A stretch of DNA of 64,000 nucleotides, from contig CAVPOC010000004.1 of NCBI GenBank assembly GCA_963706955.1, positions 1 to 64,000 of the forward strand. Reading direction: 5' to 3'. The notes under the pieces were generated by a model. That model was not told the DNA's origin. It saw nothing but the letters and a program-made list of their open reading frames with translations, and did no database searches. Source of the DNA: an uncultured Verrucomicrobiae bacterium (GTDB taxonomy: Bacteria > Verrucomicrobiota > Verrucomicrobiia > Chthoniobacterales > Terrimicrobiaceae). Positions 33,099 to 43,155 of this stretch are shown in pieces. Positions within the stretch are counted from its first letter, which is position 1. The number at the start of each line of letters is the position of its first letter. The position numbers were made by a program, and so were the translations under genes.

Positions 33099-35188
33099 AA
33101 ATCGACGAACCCCGGGTGACAGAGTACGCGCTCGGCGAATTGCATGGACGCGCGCGTGAGGAGTTCGAGAAAGAGCTTGCGCAGTCCGATGAGCTCCAGC
33201 GCGAACTGGAAGGGACGGTAATCTTTTGCCAAAAGCTCGGTGCGTTGCCGCTGGACAAGAAGGATTCGACGATCAGACCCGCGCGAAATTGCAGGCAGAG
33301 TGCCTTCGGAATGTGCAGGCGATCAGACAGCGGCGGCATCGCTTCCGCCGCGCGGCGATGCTTGGCGCTGTCGGTGCGATCGCAGCTTGTCTCCTGATCG
33401 CACTGGTCGTTCCGTGGGCGGCCAACTATCAGCGCCCGCTGGCGCAAACCAATACTGACTCGGAGCACCTTCTCGTCAAGAGCCGGCCTTCAGCCACGCC
33501 GGCTTTGCTCGATCGCGTCGACGCGCCTTCCCAAATGGTCGCATCGGCAAAGGCGGTGCCTGCTCTCGTTCCTTCTGAACCAACTCAAGTTGATCCCAAG
33601 CTGACATTTCGGGCGGGTGGGTCCGGCCGGCCGGCAGCGTCCGCGGCCAAGCCGGGCGGGTATGTCCGCCCTCGGCTGGGGATTAGGACAGGGAACCGGA
33701 AGCGAGAGTCGGGCGAAGATGCGTGGTCCGAAAGAGGAGGAATTCAACACGGAGGCCTATGACGCCATCGAGGAGAACCGTTTTCGTGCGACCAAGGAGA
33801 ACCCACTCTCGACGTTCTCGATTGACGTCGACACCGCCAGCTATTCCAACGTGCGACGCTTTCTGCAAAGTGACGAACTCCCGCCTTCCGGCGCTGTGCG
33901 GATCGAGGAGTTGATCAACTATTTTCCTTACGATTACCCGGAGCCGAAGCCCGGCAATCCATTTTCAGTGAATGTCGAGGTGAGCCATGCCCCGTGGAAC
34001 GGCATGCACCAGTTGGTGCGTGTCGGGCTGAAGGGTCGCGGTATTCCTAAAACGGAGCGTCCTGCGAGCAATTTAGTCTTTCTTATCGACGTTTCCGGCT
34101 CGATGCAGGACGCGAACAAGCTTCCTCTCCTGAAGCGCAGCCTGCGAGCGCTTGTCGAGACCTTGGCGGCCAAAGACCGCGTGGCGATCGTGGTTTATGC
34201 GGGATCTTCCGGTTTGGTGCTGCCACCGACTGAGGGCGCAGAGCGCGAGCGAATCTTAAAAGCGCTTGATGAGCTTGAAGCAGGCGGATCGACGAATGGA
34301 GCGGAGGGTATTCAACTCGCCTATCGAACGGCGCGCGAGAATTTCGTAAAGGCTGGCAACAATCGCGTGATCCTGTGCACGGACGGTGATTTCAACGTCG
34401 GCGTGACCAGCCAAAGCGAATTGGTTTCCTTGATCGAGGCCGAACGCGCTTCGGGAGTATTTTTGTCCGTGCTGGGCTTTGGGACCGGCAACCTGAAGGA
34501 CTCCACCATGGAGAAGCTCGCGGACAAAGGAAACGGGCACTATGCCTATATCGACTCGTTAAGCGAAGGGAGAAAGGTCCTCGTCGAGCAGGCTGGTGCG
34601 ACCCTGTTTACCATCGCCAAGGACGTGAAGATTCAGGTGGAGTTCAACCCCTCCCTTGTCGTCGGCTACCGTCTCGTCGGTTATGAGAATAGACTGCTGG
34701 CTAAAGAGGACTTCAACGACGATAGGAAAGATGCCGGCGAGATCGGCGCGGGGCATTCTGTCACGGCCTTTTATGAGATTGTCCCAGTCGGACAGCCGCT
34801 ACCGGATCAGTCATCCGTCGATCCCTTGAAATATCAAGCCACGGCCCGACAGGCGGCGATCTCAGACGAGCTGCTTACTGTCAAACTGCGCTACAAGGCA
34901 CCCGATGGTGACTCGAGTCGCCTGCTTGAAGTCCCCGTGCGAGCGGGCGCGGAAATCGCCTTCGAAAGGGCGTCCCAGGACTTCCAGTTCGCTGCCGCCG
35001 TGGCGGCATTCGGAATGAAGCTGCGGAGCTCTCCCCAAAGCGAGAATATCTCGTGGGAGGAGATTCAGAAAATCGCTCGACGCAGTTTGAGCGAAGATTC
35101 CGGAACTTATCGCGCCGAGTTTCTCACGCTCGTTGAGAAGGCGCGGCAGCTTGATGAATCCGGCTCGAGCAAAGCGATTAACGAATAG
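33095..35188 (+). CDS. Membrane anti-sigma-like protein fused to a YfbK-type vWA domain (apparent indels at about 33250 and 33620-33700)
   Basis: N-terminal EYALGEL anti-sigma-like helix, a TM segment, PLSTFSIDVDTASY, MIDAS motif DVSGS, LCTDGDFNVG, and DFNDDRKDAGEIG. ATGA overlap with the sigma gene. Confidence 0.85.
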
Positions 35189-35531
35189 GCTCGATGCCGT
35201 TTGGGCGATCACGACGACTTCAACCGATGAGACAGATAGCATAAACGCAACGGTCAGTGGCCGAGTCCGCATCCGCAGCGGCAATGGCACAACTGGTTGC
35301 CGTTCCTCGGGCCATTCGGTGAACGGGCGCATCGCTCCCCGACAGGACGGAAGTTCATTCGCGTTTTGCGGAGGAGCAGATCGAGGACATTCTCCTGTAG
35401 ACACACGCGGCGGACAGACTACAGCCGGACCCATTGACAATCCCTGGCAGGCTGAATTGGACGATGGAACGAGAAATTGACAACTTGTGCTTGCACATCT
35501 CCAGGAACCTGTTCTCTTTCCTGTGCAGGTT

Positions 35532-35644
35532 AGAGCCCTTTTGGGGCATTGGTAGATTGCTAGTTGTGTTAGTGGCGGTGAGAACCGCAGGCTCTCAGTG
35601 GCGATTTGAAATCCGACGATCGGAAACAGCCGCAGAGACTCGCC
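35532..35644 (+). promoter_or_regulatory. Candidate structured 5' leader of the RRM gene
   Basis: AGAGCC/GGCTCT encloses the GNRA hairpin GCGGT-GAGA-ACCGC. A second domain is closed by GGCGA/TCGCC. Confidence 0.4.
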
Positions 35645-35663
35645 TCAATAATAAACACACTAT

Positions 35664-35999
35664 ATGGCAACTAAACTTTATGTCGGAAATCTTTCTTTCG
35701 ACACCACAGAAAACGACCTTCAGGACCTCTTCTCGGAAGCAGGTACCGTCCGCGAAGCCGTCCTTATCCAAGACAAGATGACAGGCAAGTCTCGCGGCTT
35801 TGCGTTTGTAACCATGTCAACGGACGAGGAAGCACAAACCGCCACTCAACGATTGAACGGAAAGGCGTTGCACGGACGCAACCTTACGGTGAACGAAGCC
35901 CGCCCTCGCGAGGCTTTCGCCGGCGCCGGCGGTGGTGCGCGCAACAAGAGTTTCAGCGGCGGCGGTGGCAATCGCGGCGGACGCTCGCGCCGTTTTTAA
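35664..35999 (+). CDS. Single-RRM RNA-binding protein with a Gly/Arg-rich tail
   Basis: RNP2 LYVGNL, RNP1 RGFAFVTM, LTVNEARPRE, and tail GGGGNRGGRSRRF. Confidence 0.96.
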   Translation: MATKLYVGNLSFDTTENDLQDLFSEAGTVREAVLIQDKMTGKSRGFAFVTMSTDEEAQTATQRLNGKALHGRNLTVNEARPREAFAGAGGGARNKSFSGGGGNRGGRSRRF

Positions 36000-36032
36000 G
36001 GTATCTTCGAAGGAATTCTAAACACCGGATTA

Positions 36033-36063
36033 GCGATGCGGTCTCGTCGCAGAGCCGCATCGC
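36033..36063 (+). terminator. Strong hairpin downstream of the RRM gene
   Basis: Perfect 9-bp stem GCGATGCGG/CCGCATCGC. There is no clear U-tract, so it could instead be a 3' stabilising hairpin. Confidence 0.4.
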
Positions 36064-36257
36064 AGGTGCCCTTCTCGAATGGAATATTCGGTCCAGACGA
36101 AACGCGCCGTAAGAAACTTACTGAGCTCGGATAGGCCGAGCTTGTGTCGATGCCCTTCTAGGCGAGCGCGAAAGCCTCGAGATCGTACGCGCCTGAGAAA
36201 AATACGTGCGTCGAAGAGGCGCGCTGACTAGAATGTGGGGAGAACCCTCACAGAACC

Positions 36258-36516
36258 ATGAGAACAAGACTTTCCGGTGCCGTTTTGGCATTGACTGGCG
36301 ATTGCCCCTTCAGGCTGCATCTACGTAAGCACTCCGCCACAGCGGACAGTTGTCCAGGAAACGCGTTACATCGCTCCGGCTCGACAGACGGTAATCACGA
36401 CTTTGCCGCCCAACTATCGCGTCCGTGTCTATCGCGGCCAAACCTATTACGTATACGATAATGTCTACTATCGCGCTCACCCGCGCGGGTATGTGGTGGT
36501 AGACCGCCCGTGGTGA
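36258..36516 (+). CDS. Small lipoprotein with a Tyr-rich (DUF6515-like) domain, hidden by an indel at about 36295
   Basis: MRTRLSGAVLAL shifts +1 into LAIAPSGCIYVSTPPQRTVVQETRYIAPARQTVITTLPPNYRVRVYRGQTYYVYDNVYYRAHPRGYVVVDRPW*. Confidence 0.7.
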
Positions 36517-36586
36517 GATGGTGTCTTCCGGTCAGCGGCGGGAAGACGTTAAATTCTAGAGCATTACTCCGCTTTCCCCCATCCGC

Positions 36587-37354
36587 CTATCTGACGATTC
36601 CGCGCTTGCTCGCTTCGATAAAGGCGAGAAGGTGGTCGATATGGGCGTTTTGCGGAAGCTCGGCTCGAATGGTCTCGCAAGCCTGTTTAACGTTGAGATT
36701 GGCCCGGCAGAGCAGACGATAAGCTTCGCGCAAAGTGCGAATGTCGTCCGCGTCGAAGCCGCGGCGTTCCAGACCGACCTGGTTGACGCCCCGGATTTCC
36801 GCCGGATTTCCATCGGCAATCATGAATGGCGGAACGTCTTGAACGATCTTCGTGCAGCCGCCCAGGATGGCATGTCGTCCAATTCTGCAAAACTGGTGGA
36901 CCCCGCTGAGTCCACCGATGATCGCATAGTCCTCGACGATGACGTGGCCGGCGAGAGTGCCGTTATTCGAGAAGATCACATGGTCTCCGACCAGGCAATC
37001 GTGGGCTACATGTGAGTAGGCGAGAAAGTTGCCGTGATTGCCGATCACAGTTTTTGTATTCGGCAGAGTGCCACGGTTCACCGTAGAGAACTCTCGGAAG
37101 CTGTTGCCATCGCCGATCTCCAGAAAGGTCGGCTCGCCGACATACTTCAGGTCCTGGCTGCGCTGGCCAATGGAGCAGTACGGATAGAAGCGGTTGCTCT
37201 GCCCGATCCTTGCAGGCCCCGCCATGGTCACATGGCTCATCAGCACGGACTGGGAGCCAATGACAACGTCCGGGCCTATCACGCAATAGGGACCGATTTC
37301 AACATCGGCGGCGATCTCAGCCCGACTGTCGATGATTGCCGTGGAATGGATCAT
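36587..37354 (-). CDS. lpxA: UDP-N-acetylglucosamine O-acyltransferase
   Basis: IHSTAII, hexapeptide repeats, QDLKY, HVAHDC, HQFCRIG and QDVPPF. Confidence 0.97.
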   Translation of the reverse strand: MIHSTAIIDSRAEIAADVEIGPYCVIGPDVVIGSQSVLMSHVTMAGPARIGQSNRFYPYCSIGQRSQDLKYVGEPTFLEIGDGNSFREFSTVNRGTLPNTKTVIGNHGNFLAYSHVAHDCLVGDHVIFSNNGTLAGHVIVEDYAIIGGLSGVHQFCRIGRHAILGGCTKIVQDVPPFMIADGNPAEIRGVNQVGLERRGFDADDIRTLREAYRLLCRANLNVKQACETIRAELPQNAHIDHLLAFIEASKRGIVR

Positions 37355-37388
37355 CCCGAGAAGGCCGCCTTTGGAAGATTAAGACAAG

Positions 37389-38690
37389 TCACTTGTCCAC
37401 CAGACCGAAGAGCAACTCGGCTTCTGACACGACCTCATCGTTGACGACACATTTGCAGGCGGCTTTCCCAAGGCGCTTCTTGATACTGAGCATTTCGCAG
37501 TGGATGAAGAGAGTATCTCCGGGAAAGACCGGCTTTCTAAATTTGACCCCATCGGCGCTCATAAAGTAGCCGATCTTTCCTGCATTCTCGGTCTTGTGCA
37601 TCATGACAATGCTCGCAACCTGAGCCATCGCCTCGACCTGGAGAACTCCCGGCATCACCGGATGATTCGGGAAATGTCCCTGAAAGTAGGGTTCATTGAT
37701 TGTCACCGTCTTCACGCCGATTGCCTTGGCATCCTCCTCGAATTCGATGATTCGATCCACCATCAGAAATGGATAGCGGTGAGGCAGCGTGCGCATGATT
37801 TCGTTGATATCGAGCACGCCTCCCGCCGCCGGAACTGGCCGAGGAGCCATCGCCAGGTATTCCGAATGACGCTTGGCGAGCGAGCGGGCCGCCTCGGTGT
37901 TCGGTCCATGCCCGGGCTTGATGGCAACAACATGCCCGCGAAGACGGCGACCGCTTAAAATCAGATCACCGATAATGTCGAGGATCTTGTGGCGGACGAA
38001 TTCGTCACTAAAGCGAAGAGGTTCCTTACTGAGCACGCTATCTCCGCGCGCGACGATGGCATTCTCGATGCTCCCGCCCTTGATCAGACCTCTGTCCATG
38101 AGCGGCTTGACGTCCTCGTAGAAGACAAACGTCCGTGCCGTGGCGATTTCCTTTTCGTAGAATTCGGGAGTGATCTCGGCGCTCAGGTATTGGGTGAAGC
38201 GCCCAGCCGGACCGACTTGGGTGCACGAAATCCGAAAATTTGCGTCCGGCAGGATGGTGATGATCGATTCGCCGGTCTGCACGATGATGGGTTCGCGAGG
38301 TTCCAGATAGGCACGTGCGGCTCCCTGCTCAACAATGCCGGCTTGCTTAATCATGCCGACGTACGGGGCCGCGCTGCCATCGCCAATCGGAGGTTCATTG
38401 GAATCCATCTCCACGAGAGCATTGTCCAGGCCCATCCCGGCGAGAGCGGAAAGAACATGCTCGACGGTATGAATCTTCACATTGCCTTCGACGATGGTGG
38501 TGGCGCGCTCGACGGTTTTGACGTTTTCGACTCTCGCCTCGATGATCGGATCGTCCGGCAAGTCCGAGCGTTTGAACTTGAATCCATGACCGACAGGAGC
38601 CGGATGGAGCGTGAGCGTGACTTTTTCACCCGTATGAAGGGCCATCCCGGTGAGACGGGCAGAAGAGGCAAGAGTGCGTTGTTTTTCCAC
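37389..38690 (-). CDS. lpxC-fabZ: Bifunctional LpxC deacetylase / FabZ dehydratase
   Basis: LpxC motifs QRTL, LHTG, TVEHVLSAL, DGSA, ARTF, HKILDIIGD and GH. FabZ motifs LPHRYPFLMVD and GHFPNHPVMPGVLQVEAMAQ. GTG start assumed at 38690. Confidence 0.95.
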   Translation of the reverse strand: MEKQRTLASSARLTGMALHTGEKVTLTLHPAPVGHGFKFKRSDLPDDPIIEARVENVKTVERATTIVEGNVKIHTVEHVLSALAGMGLDNALVEMDSNEPPIGDGSAAPYVGMIKQAGIVEQGAARAYLEPREPIIVQTGESIITILPDANFRISCTQVGPAGRFTQYLSAEITPEFYEKEIATARTFVFYEDVKPLMDRGLIKGGSIENAIVARGDSVLSKEPLRFSDEFVRHKILDIIGDLILSGRRLRGHVVAIKPGHGPNTEAARSLAKRHSEYLAMAPRPVPAAGGVLDINEIMRTLPHRYPFLMVDRIIEFEEDAKAIGVKTVTINEPYFQGHFPNHPVMPGVLQVEAMAQVASIVMMHKTENAGKIGYFMSADGVKFRKPVFPGDTLFIHCEMLSIKKRLGKAACKCVVNDEVVSEAELLFGLVDK

Positions 38691-38778
38691 AGTGTAAAAT
38701 CCGAACGTTCGCGCTGCTGATCCCTTTCGGCCGCCTGGTTCCTTCTGGCAGACGGGAAGAACGCAAATCAATGGCTCC

Positions 38779-39264
38779 TCAGCTTGGCCCGCCGGAGAGG
38801 AGCAAGTCTATGTATTTTTTGTTGCCGCTGCGCAACCTGGCAACCAGGCTGCGCCCGATGGCGGCAAGCAAATGAATGGCGGCTCCCGGGTGAAGACCGG
38901 CCAGCACTCCCAAGGTCGTTCGAGTGATGCAAAGCAGTTCGCAGTCCTCCGTTGCCGTCACAGTTGCCGAACGGGGGCCATCATCGACGAGGGCTACTTC
39001 GCCGAAGAAGTCTCCGCCCGTGAGGCTGGCCAGTTCGATTTCGCCATTGCCGCGCTTGATCGTGACGCGGACGTTTCCACTGAGGATCACATACATACAG
39101 TGGCCCGTGTCTCCCGCGCTGATAATGCGTTCGCCCGCCGCGTAAGTCTCGGTGCCGCTTTGCTCGATCAGTCCGTGAAGCTCCTCCTCGCTCAGTTCGG
39201 CAAAAACGGTGAACTTCGCGAGAAGCTTGTCCTCATCCGGAATTTTGCGTCGTAGTTTTTCCAT
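38779..39264 (-). CDS. Stand-alone cyclic nucleotide-binding domain protein
   Basis: MYVILSGNVRV and GDFFGEVALVDDGPRSATV phosphate-binding cassette. No HTH domain. Confidence 0.9.
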   Translation of the reverse strand: MEKLRRKIPDEDKLLAKFTVFAELSEEELHGLIEQSGTETYAAGERIISAGDTGHCMYVILSGNVRVTIKRGNGEIELASLTGGDFFGEVALVDDGPRSATVTATEDCELLCITRTTLGVLAGLHPGAAIHLLAAIGRSLVARLRSGNKKYIDLLLSGGPS

Positions 39265-39898
39265 CGAGCATAGAAATGTGGAGTGCAGCCAGCTGTGCCA
39301 GCTCTTCGCTATGCGTCACAATAACAACCGTGGCAAATTTTTGTGAAGCAATCTTTAGAAGAGTGTCGGTGACCCGTTCTGCGCTGTTGCTATCGAGATT
39401 GCCGGTCGGTTCGTCGGCAAGGAGGACCTTTGGTTGTCCTGCCACGGCTCGCGCGATCGCGGCGCGCTGCATCTCACCGCCGCTCAGTTGATGGGGATAA
39501 TGGTTTTTTCGAGCGGCAAGGTCGACCAGTTCCAGGGCTGCGGCCACCCGCAAACGTCTACGGCGCTCACCCCGCAGGAGCAGAGGCAGTTCCACGTTTT
39601 CGGCGACGGTCATCGCGGGAAGAAGGTTGAAGAACTGAAAGACGATGCCCAGATCGTGCCGCCGATAGCGCGTCAATTCGGAATCCTTGGCATTATGGAG
39701 CGGGATGTCCCCGACCCAGATTTCTCCCGAGTCCGGCGTATCAAGTCCCCCGAGCAGATTCAGCAGCGTGCTTTTGCCGCATCCACTCGGGCCGGTCACC
39801 GCGGCAAACTCGCCCGATGGGATCTCGAAACTCACGTCATCGAGCGCGCGAATGCCGCCTTTGGAATAGATTCGCGTGACGCTGCTTAGACGAATCAT
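39233..39898 (-). CDS. ABC transporter ATP-binding protein (LolD/MacB type)
   Basis: GPSGCGKST, VFQFFNL, LSGGEMQR, ADEPTGNLD and VTH motifs. Confidence 0.92.
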   Translation of the reverse strand: MIRLSSVTRIYSKGGIRALDDVSFEIPSGEFAAVTGPSGCGKSTLLNLLGGLDTPDSGEIWVGDIPLHNAKDSELTRYRRHDLGIVFQFFNLLPAMTVAENVELPLLLRGERRRRLRVAAALELVDLAARKNHYPHQLSGGEMQRAAIARAVAGQPKVLLADEPTGNLDSNSAERVTDTLLKIASQKFATVVIVTHSEELAQLAALHISMLDGKTTTQNSG

Positions 39899-39918
39899 GA
39901 TAGTTTGAAACTGGCGGC

Positions 39919-40719
39919 GTGAAGGCAAAGAATCAAGTGGAGTTCCAGATCCTGGGGGAAACGGAAGACTTTTTGGCCGTGGACAAACCTGCAGGTCTAT
40001 TGACCCATCCAACCAAGCCGGGTGGTCCGCGGACGTTGTGGGATGAGCTTTGTGCCCTGCTGGGCTACGAGCTGGCGATCGGCGGACAAGTTTCGCTGGT
40101 GAATCGTCTTGATCGTGAGACCAGCGGAGTTCTGCTGGTGGCGAAGACGGCTGAAGCCGCCCGTGCTGCGGGCATCGCCATGCAGAACGGCAGGATTGAA
40201 AAGGAGTATCTGGCGCTGGTTTTTGGCTGGCCCAAGTGGAACGAGATGATCATCGATGCTCCGATCGCGCGGCTTGGAGAGGTTGCCGAGTCAGAGGTTT
40301 GGGTCGAGCGCGTCGTCAATCCCCGCGGGGCACGAGCGATCACGCGAGTCCGCGTAGAAGAACGCCTGGCGTTGACCGGTCACAGGCGTTTTTCCCTCCT
40401 GAAAGCGTGGCCCGAAACGGGTCGCACTCACCAGGTGCGTGTGCACCTCTCCCATGTCGGCTTTCCTTTGTTGGGCGATAAGATCTATGCCCGGGGAAGC
40501 CGCCACTATCTGGATTTTATCGCGCATGGGTGGACGAAAGAAATGGAGTCGGAAATCTGGCTTTCGCGCCACGCCCTGCACTCCTCAAGGCTCAGGATCA
40601 ACATCGGCGCGCGCAAGTTGGAATGGACCAGTCCGTTACCCGCTGATCTGGCGAGGATGATTGAGCTTGGCGAAAGCTGCGGCGACCTTGTTAGCGTTGA
40701 GCGCTCTGCCGTTCAATGA
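39919..40719 (+). CDS. RluA-family RNA pseudouridine synthase
   Basis: VDKPAGL, NRLDRETSG, TGRTHQVRVHL, GDKIY and ALH motifs. Confidence 0.93.
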   Translation: MKAKNQVEFQILGETEDFLAVDKPAGLLTHPTKPGGPRTLWDELCALLGYELAIGGQVSLVNRLDRETSGVLLVAKTAEAARAAGIAMQNGRIEKEYLALVFGWPKWNEMIIDAPIARLGEVAESEVWVERVVNPRGARAITRVRVEERLALTGHRRFSLLKAWPETGRTHQVRVHLSHVGFPLLGDKIYARGSRHYLDFIAHGWTKEMESEIWLSRHALHSSRLRINIGARKLEWTSPLPADLARMIELGESCGDLVSVERSAVQ

Positions 40720-41341
40720 CGATGGCTTCCGCGACGCGTTCTGCGATTCGCTGGCGGTATGTCCTGTTCTGCAGATAGCGATTATCCTGCGGATTTGAAA
40801 CAAACCCCAGCTCGCAAAGAACAGCAGGACGACGGTTCTCCCGCAGAACATGAAAGTTATTCCGTTTGACCCCTCGGCTCTCGGTTGGATACGCGCGAAT
40901 GGCTTGGCGAAGAATGTTGGAGGCGAGGCGCCACGATCGTGGGCTGAAGTAATAAATCTCCACGCCGCGTGCTCCCCGCCGACGCCCCCAATTGTAGTGA
41001 ATACTCACGAAAATGCTGTTACTGGTCCTGTTGGAAATCGTAGTTCGCGTCGAAAGAGGAACGAAGGCATCCCGTTTCCGCGTCTCGATCACTCGAAAGC
41101 CTTTGCTTCGAAGCACCTTCGCCAGCCTCTTGGCGGTGTCGAGCGCGAGCACCTTTTCGGGAGCCCCAGCAAGCGGGCGTCCACCGCGATCAAAGCCGCC
41201 GTGCCCGGCGTCGACAATGACCGTGCTGAACTCCCCGGCGCCTTGCTTATAAGGAGATGCGCAACCCGCAACGACTATGGCCACGAGCAGAATGGAAAAA
41301 CGGAGGTGCGGGAAATAGCGGCGATCTCTTGCTGGCTTCAT
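40691..41341 (-). CDS. N-acetylmuramoyl-L-alanine amidase (Amidase_3), lipoprotein
   Basis: VAGC lipobox, VDAGHGG, EK, FVSIHYN and AVLCELGFVSN motifs. Confidence 0.9.
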   Translation of the reverse strand: MKPARDRRYFPHLRFSILLVAIVVAGCASPYKQGAGEFSTVIVDAGHGGFDRGGRPLAGAPEKVLALDTAKRLAKVLRSKGFRVIETRKRDAFVPLSTRTTISNRTSNSIFVSIHYNWGRRRGARGVEIYYFSPRSWRLASNILRQAIRAYPTESRGVKRNNFHVLRENRRPAVLCELGFVSNPQDNRYLQNRTYRQRIAERVAEAIVIERQSAQR

Positions 41342-41455
41342 ACCGGACGGCTCCTTGCTCGGGGTGGCAAAGAATCTGCGCAAAGTAGAAGAGTCCGATT
41401 CTAACGCAACATTTTAGTCTGGCGCGAGGGCGGCAGCAGCGCGACATGTGACACC

Positions 41456-42214
41456 ATGTTGGCCAAGCGCATCATCCCCTGTCTGGACGTCACCGCAGGT
41501 CGCGTCGTCAAGGGAACTAAGTTCCTGAACCTTCGTGACGCGGGCGACCCGGTCGAGTGCGCCAAGCTCTATGATGCTCAGGGGGCCGATGAGCTTGTCT
41601 TTCTTGACATCACCGCTTCGAGCGACGACCGCGCCACAATGGTGGATGTCGTCGCGCGCACTGCAGAGCAGTGCTTCATGCCTCTGACGGTCGGAGGCGG
41701 GATTCGCACGGTGGAAGATTTTCGCACAATGCTCCTCGCGGGTGCCGATAAAGTGAGTGTGAACACGGCTGCCATACAAACCCCCCAACTCATTTCTGAT
41801 GCCGCGGAGAACTTCGGCTCCCAATGCGTTGTTGTCGCGATCGATGCCAAGCACAGTGCCCCTGGGAGTTGGCGCGTTTACACCCACGGCGGCAGAAATC
41901 CCACGGATCTCGATGCGGTAGCCTGGGCGCGCGAGGTCGCGCAGCGCGGAGCGGGCGAAATTCTCCTCACGAGCATGGACGCCGATGGAACCTGCGGCGG
42001 CTACGATCTTGAACTTACGGCAGCCGTAAGTGCTGCCGTGCACATTCCCGTCATCGCGAGTGGAGGCGCCGGTGAGCTCGACCACTTGGCGGAAGTGCTG
42101 GATCGCGGCCATGCGGATGCCGTGCTCGCAGCCAGCATTTTCCATTTCGGCACATACAGCATCGCTCAAGCGAAGCACTTTCTCGCCGAACGCGGCATCC
42201 CCGTTCGTCTCTAA
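41456..42214 (+). CDS. hisF: Imidazole glycerol phosphate synthase cyclase subunit
   Basis: [41 protein letters not shown] and VIASGGAG motifs. Confidence 0.98.
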   Translation: MLAKRIIPCLDVTAGRVVKGTKFLNLRDAGDPVECAKLYDAQGADELVFLDITASSDDRATMVDVVARTAEQCFMPLTVGGGIRTVEDFRTMLLAGADKVSVNTAAIQTPQLISDAAENFGSQCVVVAIDAKHSAPGSWRVYTHGGRNPTDLDAVAWAREVAQRGAGEILLTSMDADGTCGGYDLELTAAVSAAVHIPVIASGGAGELDHLAEVLDRGHADAVLAASIFHFGTYSIAQAKHFLAERGIPVRL

Positions 42215-42258
42215 TCCTTCTATTTGAGCTCAGCCCGCCACTGCTTTAAAGGTTTTCC

Positions 42259-42766
42259 ATGAGCCAGAGCGTTCAATCGTTCTCCGCCGAGGCCATTTTA
42301 AACCGGCTACGGGGAGAAGGCCTGCGCATTACCGCCGGACGCCGCAGTATCATCGAGGCGCTCTTCCGGGCCGGAAGACCGCTGTCGCTCCAGGAAATCC
42401 AGGAACTCGCCGCCGCCGAGGGAAGCGGCCCCGACTACGCCACCGTCTTTCGCATGATTGCCCTGCTTGGACCGCTTGCATTTGGTCCATAAGGTCAATC
42501 TTCAGCGTGCTTGCAGCTATTACGAACTGAATGATCCCGCCAAGCATTACGACCACATTGTTTGCACAAATTGTGGCAAGGTAGTGGTCATCGACATCCC
42601 GTGCCCCTTAGGCGACACGGAAAGATTGGTTGCCGAGCACTACGGGTTTCGAAATCTCAGCCACTCGCTGGAATTTTTCGGACGATGCCAGGAGTGCTCA
42701 GAAGGGGAAGAGAGTCGCCAAGGCGCCGAACGCCTGAGCGCCTGGTTGATGTTCTCTCGAGAATGA
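42259..42766 (+). CDS. Fur-family transcriptional regulator (apparent indel at about 42465)
   Basis: GLRITAGR and ATVFR, then HYDHIVCTNCGKV and HSLEFFGRCQEC (two CxxC). Confidence 0.88.
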
Positions 42767-43155
42767 TGACGAGCGCCATTCCGGCGAGGAACAGGTCTCG
42801 TCCAAGCGCAAGCGCCATCTTCATGGCCGACGGCTGGTCGTCCTGTCCAAAGCACGAGCAGCTGACAATGATCCCATTGGCGAGCGCCCAACCAAGGACG
42901 GTTGCGAAGAGGATGCACAACGCGAATATCACGCCGGCGCCGATATGCTTCGTCGGAGACACCAGGATCAACAAGCCCGCAACGATTTCACACACTGGCA
43001 GAAGAATCGAGAGAGGGCGGATCCACGTCTCCGGAAGAAATGTGAATGGGGCCAGCGCAATCGCAAACTGCGCGCTGCTCGATGCTTTAATCAGACCAGA
43101 ATAAAGGAAGATGCTCGCGAGGATCACGCGAAGTGCCACCACCGCTTTGCTTCAC
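42657..43155 (-). CDS. MauE/DoxX-family membrane protein
   Basis: RVILASIFLYSGLIK, E in TM2, CSCFG and RD motifs. The 3' end is uncertain because it overlaps the convergent fur. Confidence 0.8.

Noticed and set aside
35189..35440. Small minus-strand gene between vWA and the RRM leader
   Set aside because: No frame gives a recognisable protein, and the GGAG-preceded ATG yields only 11 codons.
36090..36148. Hammerhead ribozyme (GACGAAAC...GTC)
   Set aside because: There is no CUGANGA core at the required position, and stem III would be mostly G-U pairs.
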